Below are positions 1 through 7,303 of a stretch of DNA of 25,440 bases, one piece after another. A program made the translations under genes and the position numbers. Below the pieces are notes generated by a model. It was given only the letters and a program-made list of their open reading frames with translations. It was not told the DNA's origin and did no database searches. Source of the stretch: Treponema sp. (GTDB lineage: Bacteria > Spirochaetota > Spirochaetia > Treponematales > UBA12059); the NCBI GenBank assembly GCA_012517645.1, contig JAAYUR010000104.1, positions 1 to 25,440 of the forward strand, in the 5' to 3' direction. Each line of letters begins with the position of its first letter. The first letter of the stretch is position 1.

Positions 1-833
1 AGCCCGGCTCCGGGCATCGTGCCCCAGCCGGGACAACCGGGCAGGTCGCCAGCCCTGAGATGGGCTTCCTGTCCGTCCTCGCCGAAGGTCCGGAAGGAAC
101 CCAGGGAGCCGTGGATCCGGTAGTGATGTCCCGGATCCGGGGCAAGACAGCCCGCGTGCAGGATGATTCTGCGCGAACCGCCCCTTAGCACGACGTGGAA
201 CCAGTCGTCCACCCGGGCCCCGGGTCTCTGGGCCGCGACGTCCGCCAGCACCCATTCGAAAGGGCCGAATAGCCGGAGAGCCTGGTCGAAGAGGTGCGGA
301 CCCAGGTCCCACAGAAGCCCGGAACCCGGACCGGGGCGCTCTTTCCATCGGTCCTGGACGGAAGGGCGGAATCGTTCCCAGCGGAATTCGGCTTCCGATA
401 TATCCCCTAGGCCTCGGTCCTTTAGAATCCTTTCCAGGGTACGGAAGTCGGCGTCCCAGCGGCGGTTGTGGAAGATCTGCAGGGGTTTGCCGCAGGATTC
501 GGAGAGGCGGACCAGGGTCTCCCCCTCCTGGACGCTCGATGCGAAGGGTTTCTCAAGGACTACCGCCAGTCCTGCTTCCAAGGCCGCCCGGGCGTGTGCG
601 GCATGCAGGCCGCTGGGAGTGGCGACCACCGCGAGATCCAGGCCCGGAAGGCGGAAGAGTTCCTCCGCGGTTCGAACGATCCGAACCCCAGGTAGGTCCT
701 TTCGGGCCTCTTCGCATCGGCTTCCGGCGGCCACCGCGGAAAGTTCATACTCCCGGGGCAGGGATCGGAGAAGGGGGATGTGGAAGGTCCTTCCGGCGAG
801 GCCGTAGCCCGCCAGCCCGACGGCATAGCTCAT
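1..833 (-). CDS. Gfo/Idh/MocA family oxidoreductase (YdgJ/IolW-like), runs off the left edge of the window
   Basis: Translated by hand; absent from the ORF track because it has no stop in the window. ATG at 833 overlaps the upstream TGA (830-832). MSYAVGLAGYGLAGRTFH (GxGxxG Rossmann), VVLEKPF, FHNRRWDADF and DLGPHLFDQAL are typical family motifs. Confidence 0.9.
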   Translation of the reverse strand, partial: MSYAVGLAGYGLAGRTFHIPLLRSLPREYELSAVAAGSRCEEARKDLPGVRIVRTAEELFRLPGLDLAVVATPSGLHAAHARAALEAGLAVVLEKPFASSVQEGETLVRLSESCGKPLQIFHNRRWDADFRTLERILKDRGLGDISEAEFRWERFRPSVQDRWKERPGPGSGLLWDLGPHLFDQALRLFGPFEWVLADVAAQRPGARVDDWFHVVLRGGSRRIILHAGCLAPDPGHHYRIHGSLGSFRTFGEDGQEAHLRAGDLPGCPGWGTMPGAG

Positions 834-2431
834 GGTTCCTCCAGGGCTTCCCGGGATTCCCGGATCCTTCGCCTCCAATCCAGGGTTTCGGCCAATAGGC
901 GGTTGCGGATATCCGGTGTCAGTTCCCGAACCCGTTCCCTGTCGGGAAACCAGGAATGGATCCAGTCACACTCCGAAACTCGGGCAGCCAGGTCTCCCTT
1001 CCCTGCAAGGGCGGAACGGAGCTCCTCCAGCCTATCCGCCTCGCGATCCAGGAAGTCCGCCGCCGCGACCCGGAGCTCTTCCCGCGGCACGACCCGGCCC
1101 AGGGGCGGGGGACCCGGTACGCGGTCCAGGGTCCGCTCTCGGTCGAGGCGTCCGGAAGCATCCTGCAGGGAGAGACGGGGAATACCCAGGGGCAATCCCG
1201 ATCTCCGGATGTCGAAGACCCGGGGATCCCCGTGGACCTCTCCGGCCAGAAGGGAGGCGTAGGTTTCCATCAGGATGCCCGGGCCTCCGGGGATCCCATT
1301 TCCCCCGCTGGAAGCAGGCCAGGCGGCGTTCCACTGGCTACGGGCTTTGTAGAGCCGGTCTTCCCGGAAGGAATCCGACAGTAAAGCCGGGGAGCCCTTT
1401 GCATGGGTGGAACCGGGGGGGAAGGAAAAGTCCAGTCCCGTCAAGAAAAGCAGGCTCGTGGTCAACCTTCGGGCGAGGTGGACGGCCAGAACCCCGACGG
1501 ACCCGAGGGGCGGAACCGAGCAGGCGGGAAGGGGAATGCGTTCCAACCGGTCGACCAACCCGAGGGTTTCGAATCGGGTGCGGGTCAGGATCTTGGGTCC
1601 TCGGACCGCCCGGAATACGGAGGGGTGGGATGTAAGGTCCGCGAAGACCGGTATCTCGATCTCGCCGGCGGGAAGGAAGTCCTTTAGGTTGTATACCTGC
1701 CCCTCCAGGCAGACGACGGCATCGGGGATGATGCCCCTCAGGACAAGGGGACCCAGGGCGGTGTCGCAGGCGAGAACGCGGATCCGCCTTCGCTCGGAAC
1801 GCAGCCAGTCACAGGAGGTGTCCAGGCTCGGCCCCGCGCCGCAGACCGCTACCGGTCCGTCCCAGGGGACCGGTTCCCGGATATCCGCGTCCGCGAGGCG
1901 TGCCATGTTCCGGATGATGTTCCGAACCCAGAGCCGTCCCATCCGGACCAGGGTCATCCGATTTCGCCAGAAACGGTTGAGTTCCGCCTCGAGGGCCTGA
2001 AGCGCGGTATCGTAGCTTTCCGGATGCAGGACCCGGCCCCCCGAGAGGCGCACCTCCACGACCCTCCGGAAGGCACCCGGGTAGGGGAGCAGCCCTTCGA
2101 AGGAGAGCGGCGAATCCAGGAACCGGAACCGGGGATGGCCCAGGATCTCCGGGGGCAGGCGGGACCTGGACAGCTCGGCGAGGGCGGGGTCCGCCTCCAC
2201 AGCCAGGACCGCGCTGGACGCGGGTATCCGTTCCAGAAGGGATCGGATTCCGTAGCCCAGCAGGGGGGACGGCAGGAAGTACAGGGTGTTCGGAAGGGGT
2301 TCCAGGTCCCGGACAATCCGCTCCGGGCTCTCCTGGGGCGCCACCCGGGAATACAGGGAACGCCCTCGGTATTCCACGGAAAAGCCTCCCCGGGCCGCTC
2401 GCGCGACGCGGGGAAGCGATTCCTCGGGCAT
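830..2431 (-). CDS. DUF115 / motility-associated factor (Maf, MAF_flag10)-like protein
   Basis: Motif VAVCGAGPSLD...VLACDTAL...GIIPDAVV...LTGLDFSF, about 533 aa. ATG at 2431 overlaps the upstream stop (TGATG); an in-frame GTG at 2434 is an alternative start. Confidence 0.75.
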   Translation of the reverse strand: MPEESLPRVARAARGGFSVEYRGRSLYSRVAPQESPERIVRDLEPLPNTLYFLPSPLLGYGIRSLLERIPASSAVLAVEADPALAELSRSRLPPEILGHPRFRFLDSPLSFEGLLPYPGAFRRVVEVRLSGGRVLHPESYDTALQALEAELNRFWRNRMTLVRMGRLWVRNIIRNMARLADADIREPVPWDGPVAVCGAGPSLDTSCDWLRSERRRIRVLACDTALGPLVLRGIIPDAVVCLEGQVYNLKDFLPAGEIEIPVFADLTSHPSVFRAVRGPKILTRTRFETLGLVDRLERIPLPACSVPPLGSVGVLAVHLARRLTTSLLFLTGLDFSFPPGSTHAKGSPALLSDSFREDRLYKARSQWNAAWPASSGGNGIPGGPGILMETYASLLAGEVHGDPRVFDIRRSGLPLGIPRLSLQDASGRLDRERTLDRVPGPPPLGRVVPREELRVAAADFLDREADRLEELRSALAGKGDLAARVSECDWIHSWFPDRERVRELTPDIRNRLLAETLDWRRRIRESREALEEP

Positions 2432-3966
2432 CACTCGTTCCGGAAGATTTGGAAGAAGGCGGTCGAGAAATTATCCTTCAACTCCGGGCTGGCCAGGAAC
2501 TTGTCGTACAGCTCGATCTCCCGGGCCTGGGCGAAGAGGTAGGGATAGTAAAACTCTATAAGCTGAACCCCCGAATCGTCGGCGGGCCGGATTTCCTTGA
2601 CCCGGAGAACGACGGCCGCATCCTTCAGAAGAACGGGTTCCGAGACCGCTCCGGCTCCCAAGGAGAAGGCCGAGGTCATGAACTTTTCGCTGGTCGAGGC
2701 GCCTTCAAGCCCTTCACCGGACAGCTTGCGGAACAGGGCGGCGGATCCGCCGGAGAAGGGTTCCCCGTATGCAAGGGGGAAGGGTCCCGCCTGGCGGACG
2801 GTCAGTCCGTACGAGCTCGCCGCGGAAGTGAAGCCTCGGGCGGCGGCATCCACGGCAAAGTCCTTTCCCCGGAGGACCGCGGCGTCCTCGATCTTTCCGC
2901 GTTCCCACTTGTTCATATATTCCCAGACCGCCTTGAGGGTGTCGGAGGAGTTGAAGTCGGGTTCCACGGCCGGAGCCTCCGCCCGGAAAAAGGCCCAGGA
3001 CCCCGCGGCGGTCTTGAACACCGGAGAAATCTCTCCGGCCTTCAAGGACAGGAGGGTTTGCGCGTCCTGGGCTTGGGCCAGCTCGGCTTCCAGTTCGTAG
3101 CCCCATCGGGATCCCGAGGCTCCGCCCTTTTCGGCCCAGGCGTCCTTGGAATGGGCCTTGGCCGCTTCCTCGAAGGACTGCGATCCCTGCTTGACCGCGG
3201 CCAATATGGTTCCGGCCTCTTTTTCGTCGTTCAGGGTGATCCGGGAGAGGTCGATCCTTCGGAACTTAGCCGGGTTGTCCCGTCCGAATGCGGCTTTCTG
3301 CTCGTCCGAAAAGGCGGAGAAGGGTAGGACTACATACTCGATGACCCGCTCTTCCCGGGCCATGGACTGGATGAAAGCGATCTCCCGGGAACTGGGCCGC
3401 AGGGAAAGGGCGTCCTCCAGGATGTAGTTTTTCAGGATCTCCTCTCTCAGGGAAGTGCGAATGGCCAGCTTCCGGGCTTCGGAGGTTTCCCTATACCGCT
3501 CAAGGGAAAACTTTCCTTCCTCCTGAAAATCCGGGGCTTCCAGAATGGCCTCGTTCAGACGGTCCTCGGATACGGTGATACCGGCCTTGCGGGCCTCGTG
3601 CAGCAGGGCCGTATGGACAACCGTCCGGTCGAAGGCTCCCTTCCAGACCTGGAAGGCGAAGAACTGGTTGCCCGACTGATCGTATCCGTATGACTTGAGC
3701 TGGTCGTTGATGGCCTGCACCTGGCGGGCCATGTACCCGCCCTGCTCGTACCGGATCGGCGTGCCCGCGTAGGTTCCGAAATCCGGTAGACGGCCGACAT
3801 CGGAGGGACCCCGGGCGGAGGGTACGAAGATAAAGGCGACCACCACGATCACAAGAATGATGATGGTTCCTACGTAGACGAAGGTATTTCGCCCGGTTCC
3901 AGGCTTCTCCTTGGTCTGCTTGGGCGTTTGCTGGGGTGTCGGTTCTTTCTGCTTGGGAGATGACAT
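2431..3966 (-). CDS. SurA/PpiD-like peptidylprolyl isomerase/chaperone with N-terminal membrane anchor
   Basis: 511 aa. Hydrophobic segment YVGTIIILVIVVVAFIF, SurA-N-like region (LLHEARKAGITVSEDRLNEAI...F.EEGKFSLERY), rotamase-like SFEEAAKAHSKD...GG...GW and LKAGEISPVF. GA-rich RBS before the ATG. Confidence 0.8.
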   Translation of the reverse strand: MSSPKQKEPTPQQTPKQTKEKPGTGRNTFVYVGTIIILVIVVVAFIFVPSARGPSDVGRLPDFGTYAGTPIRYEQGGYMARQVQAINDQLKSYGYDQSGNQFFAFQVWKGAFDRTVVHTALLHEARKAGITVSEDRLNEAILEAPDFQEEGKFSLERYRETSEARKLAIRTSLREEILKNYILEDALSLRPSSREIAFIQSMAREERVIEYVVLPFSAFSDEQKAAFGRDNPAKFRRIDLSRITLNDEKEAGTILAAVKQGSQSFEEAAKAHSKDAWAEKGGASGSRWGYELEAELAQAQDAQTLLSLKAGEISPVFKTAAGSWAFFRAEAPAVEPDFNSSDTLKAVWEYMNKWERGKIEDAAVLRGKDFAVDAAARGFTSAASSYGLTVRQAGPFPLAYGEPFSGGSAALFRKLSGEGLEGASTSEKFMTSAFSLGAGAVSEPVLLKDAAVVLRVKEIRPADDSGVQLIEFYYPYLFAQAREIELYDKFLASPELKDNFSTAFFQIFRNE

Positions 3967-4074
3967 GGCTTCCTTCCCTAGAGATGATCGTGAATCGTAT
4001 CCCGCGGCGCCTTGGATCGAAGGAAGGGTATGGGAATTCCATCCCGGAGATGGAGGCCGCAGCGGGGCCGAAGC

Positions 4075-4103
4075 AAAATACCACGTCCCCCGGGCCTCGT
4101 CAA
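4075..4103 (-). promoter_or_regulatory. sigma70-like promoter for the SurA/PpiD-like gene
   Basis: Minus strand TTGACG (4103-4098), 17 nt spacer, TATTTT (4080-4075), with an extended TGn just upstream of the -10. Confidence 0.7.
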
Positions 4104-4128
4104 TACGCGGCGGTTCGGGAACCGCTCC

Positions 4129-6342
4129 CTATTTCGCGTAAAACGCGTAACCCTTTTTTGTGGAATGCTTTATTGTGTACATGGCGGAGTCCGCGCAGTG
4201 AAGCAGGGCCTCAAGGGAATCTCCGTCGTCCGGGAAGATCGAGATGCCCAGGGAGGCTCCGATTCTGCAGGATTCCCCCATCAACTCGAAGGGGGCGTCG
4301 CATACGGCCAGTACCTTCCGGGCCGCGGATTCTACATCCGCCTTTCCTCGGACGTGGTTCAGGACCGCGACGAACTCGTCGCCTCCCACCCGGGAGACGG
4401 TGTCCGAGGCCCGGAGCACGGACTGAAGGCGCTCGGATATCTCGACCAAGACGCGGTCCCCGGTGAGGTGTCCGAACTTGTCGTTGATGGGTTTGAAATC
4501 GTCCAGGTCCACGTAGAGAATGCCCACCTTGGATCCCGACCGGCGGGCGAGGTCGAAGCTCTTCCGCAGGAGCTCGAACAAAAGTCGCCGGTTGGGCAGG
4601 CCCGTCAAGCTGTCGTGGTTGGCCAGGTAGCTGATCTGGTGGGTCGCCCGTTCGAGCTGCTCCTTTTCCCTCTGGAGTTCCCGATTGAGCTCCTCCAACC
4701 GGTCATGGATCAGGGAATTCTCCACCGCGATGGCCACGAAGGGCGCAAGGGCGACCAGGAAACGAAGGTGCTGCTCGGTATAGGATTCCTTGTTGTAGCT
4801 CTGGACCGTCATGACTCCGATGACCTTTTTTTCGATAGAAAGGGGCAGGTAGATGAAGGAGAGCCCGGGCTTGCCCAGGAAAAACTTGGGCTCTCCCTGC
4901 AGGTAGTTCCGGTATTCCGCGTTCAGGTCCCGGATGAAGACGGGTTGATCCTGGCGGATGCACCAGGCCGCGAAGCTCCTCTTGGGATCCAGGGGTACGG
5001 ATTCCCGGGGGATGCGCCGTCCGTCCTGGATGTACGCGGCGTACTTGAGGCTTTTCGAAGCCTGATCGTACAGGGCTATGGCGAAGAGATCGGTAACAAG
5101 CAGGCCGCGAAGGCTGTCGTACAGGGTGGAGACCACGGTCTCCATGTCCAGGCTGGAGGTGATGCGCTGGCCGATCTCGGAGATCGTAAGCATCTGGCGG
5201 TTCATCTGCTCCAGGCTTTCCGTTTTCTCCTTGAGCTCTATATTGCGGAGCCGGTATATCTCGGCCTCCCGCTGGGTTCTTTCCACCTCGTACTGGATCT
5301 GTACATCCTTGATTTTCCGGGTAGTATCCTCGTTCTGGATTTCCCGTTCATGCCGGACGAAACGGCGGAAGTACTCCAGGGCGGTCTTGTAATCTCCCTT
5401 CCGCTCATGGGTCTCCGCGAGGCGTTCGTAGGCCGCGTAATAGAGGGCCTTCGCGTGGATCTCTTCGCTGGTCCGAGCGGCCCGCTCCAGGACTTCCTGC
5501 GCCTCTCCCAGGGAACCCCGGTCGATAAGGAGGGAGCCCAGATCCAGCAGGGCCTCGATAATCTCGCGCCGGCTTTTCGTGCCCTCCGCGAGGGCGATGG
5601 CTTTTCGGAACCGCTCCTCCGCGGTGGTCAGGTTGCCCAAGCCCCGGGAAATCCTGCCCAGCACGTCCCATGCGGATGCGACGACCACCCGTTCGCTCTC
5701 CGATTCCGCCAGCTCCAGCGCCTTTCGGATGAACTCCTCGGCAAGGTCATAGTTCTCCAGCCTCGTGAAGGACTTCCCGATGTTCAGCAGGATGTTGGCT
5801 TTTTGCTCGGTGTTCTTCTCCTCGGGGATGATATCGTAGGCCTTAAGGAAATAATCGAGGGCTTCCTTGTAGTTTCCCAGGTCGGCACATACTTCCCCGA
5901 TGTTGTTGAGGGTCGAGGCCTCCCGCCCGCGGAAGCCGTGTCGGCGGGCTTCGTCCAAACTCTGGGTGTAGTAGTCCAAGGCCCGCTCGTACCGGGACAT
6001 GTTGTGGGAGAGCACGCCTAGGCCGTTCAAGGCTTTCGAACGGCCCACGGGATCGTCCAGGTCCCGGTAGAGCTCCAGGGCCTTCTCGAATGCGATCCGG
6101 GCTTCCTCGTTGTTCCCCAGATAGGAATGGCACCAGGCGATGTTCAGTTGGGCGTAGGCGGTTCCCTCCCGGTACCCGATCCGCTCTGCATCCGCAAGGA
6201 TGTTCCGGGCCTGGGACAAGGCGGCCTCGAAATTGTCGAACATCTGGTTCCAGACGCGGTCGTTCAGTTCGTCGATCCGGGCGGCAACCGGCCGCGGTTC
6301 CTTCGGATTCGCTCCGTTCCCGGGTTTCGTGCGGGTCGTCAT
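4129..6342 (-). CDS. TPR-GAF-GGDEF diguanylate cyclase
   Basis: 737 aa. N-terminal TPR repeats (ALNGLGVLSHNMSRYERALDYY, TLNNIGEVCADLGNYKEALDYF), GAF region (FIYLPLSIEKKVIGVMTVQS), HDSLTGLPNRR, DLDDFKPINDKFGHLTGD, and RASD-x5-GGDEF (intact I-site and A-site). ATGA overlap with the upstream gene. Confidence 0.92.
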   Translation of the reverse strand: MTTRTKPGNGANPKEPRPVAARIDELNDRVWNQMFDNFEAALSQARNILADAERIGYREGTAYAQLNIAWCHSYLGNNEEARIAFEKALELYRDLDDPVGRSKALNGLGVLSHNMSRYERALDYYTQSLDEARRHGFRGREASTLNNIGEVCADLGNYKEALDYFLKAYDIIPEEKNTEQKANILLNIGKSFTRLENYDLAEEFIRKALELAESESERVVVASAWDVLGRISRGLGNLTTAEERFRKAIALAEGTKSRREIIEALLDLGSLLIDRGSLGEAQEVLERAARTSEEIHAKALYYAAYERLAETHERKGDYKTALEYFRRFVRHEREIQNEDTTRKIKDVQIQYEVERTQREAEIYRLRNIELKEKTESLEQMNRQMLTISEIGQRITSSLDMETVVSTLYDSLRGLLVTDLFAIALYDQASKSLKYAAYIQDGRRIPRESVPLDPKRSFAAWCIRQDQPVFIRDLNAEYRNYLQGEPKFFLGKPGLSFIYLPLSIEKKVIGVMTVQSYNKESYTEQHLRFLVALAPFVAIAVENSLIHDRLEELNRELQREKEQLERATHQISYLANHDSLTGLPNRRLLFELLRKSFDLARRSGSKVGILYVDLDDFKPINDKFGHLTGDRVLVEISERLQSVLRASDTVSRVGGDEFVAVLNHVRGKADVESAARKVLAVCDAPFELMGESCRIGASLGISIFPDDGDSLEALLHCADSAMYTIKHSTKKGYAFYAK

Positions 6343-7094
6343 GGTGCTCTCCGGAGGGAATCCCGAAGATCCTCGGACAAGGGGATCCAGACACCCTCCC
6401 GGGCTATCTCCGCGGGTCCAAAATTGGCCTTATAGTCCATGACCCGGGAACCGGGCACCCAGAAGCCCAGATAGTACCAACGTTTCCCGAGCTCCCGGGA
6501 AAGCTGGATTTCCCGGAGGACGGAGAACGTCCCCAGGCTCAACCCGCGGGCTTCCGCCGTCCAGGCGAAATAGATCGAGGAGAGTCCGTCGGGAAGGACG
6601 TCGAGATACCCGTTCCCCGCCAGGGTCCAACCCTCCCCCGACGGCAGGAAATACTCGGTAACCGCTACGGAACCCAAGGGCGAATCTACCAGGAAGCCGT
6701 AGTAGGAGAGGGCGGAGTTCTCGGGATCGTGGACCTTCCCGTGGCGGTCCCGGCAGTAGTCCTCGTAGAGCCGGAACCGGTCCTCCCGGAATCCGAAGCC
6801 CGTGTCGTCGAACTTGAACGCGGTCCGGCTGTTCCTGCGGGCGACCCTGCGTTGGGACTTCGTCGGCTCGAACCTCTCCGCATCGATCCGTATGGGAATG
6901 CAGCGATCGCAGCCTTCGCAGATCGTGCGGTAGAAGGAGGTTCCGCTTCGCCGGAAGCCCTTGGCCAGGAGGGACTCGTAGGCGGCCGGCGGGAGTTCCC
7001 GGAGGGAGAATTCGGCCACCCTCCAGGATGGTGCCCCGGTCAGGTAGGGGCAGGGTCCGTAGGTGAGTTCCCGGAGAGGGATGGACATGGTCAC
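6339..7094 (-). CDS. ate: Arginyl-tRNA-protein transferase family (bacterial Bpt-type Asp/Glu leucyltransferase)
   Basis: CPYL, GFRRSG..FYR..C..C..CIPIRI, FEPTKSQRR, YLDVLPDGLSSIYF, SLGTFSVLREI, WYYLGFWV...MDYK. Start is GTG at 7094 or ATG at 7088. Confidence 0.9.
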   Translation of the reverse strand: MTMSIPLRELTYGPCPYLTGAPSWRVAEFSLRELPPAAYESLLAKGFRRSGTSFYRTICEGCDRCIPIRIDAERFEPTKSQRRVARRNSRTAFKFDDTGFGFREDRFRLYEDYCRDRHGKVHDPENSALSYYGFLVDSPLGSVAVTEYFLPSGEGWTLAGNGYLDVLPDGLSSIYFAWTAEARGLSLGTFSVLREIQLSRELGKRWYYLGFWVPGSRVMDYKANFGPAEIAREGVWIPLSEDLRDSLRRAP

Positions 7095-7095
7095 G

Positions 7096-7299
7096 TTAGA
7101 GATCCGGCTCTTGGGTTTCCGGCCCGTAATCCGGGGCGTTCTCCGCCAGGTATTCCAGGGCGTCCTGCGCGATCCGTTGAGCGTGCTCGTACCAGATGGC
7201 GTAGAGCTCCTTGGTCACCGTCTTGGGAAAGGGAGCCCCCTGGAGTTCGCTGGCCAGGGCCTTGAGCACGGCAAACCCGTCGTCGCGCATGTCGCGCAT
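7096..7299 (-). CDS. Small hypothetical protein (64-67 aa, predicted helical)
   Basis: Fills the gap between the M16C stop and the ate start (4 nt and 1 nt gaps). AAGGAG upstream; composition looks like a real protein. The second ATG (7290) has better SD spacing. Confidence 0.7.
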   Translation of the reverse strand: MRDMRDDGFAVLKALASELQGAPFPKTVTKELYAIWYEHAQRIAQDALEYLAENAPDYGPETQEPDL

Positions 7300-7303
7300 C
7301 TCC

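Noticed and set aside
4110-4125. Hairpin gcggtt-cggg-aaccgc just after the cyclase stop, as a terminator
   Set aside because: Only a 6-bp stem with no U-tract, so not called as an intrinsic terminator.
4012-6021. 669-aa plus-strand ORF antisense to the diguanylate cyclase
   Set aside because: No recognisable motifs; it is the shadow frame expected opposite a GC-rich gene with strong codon bias.
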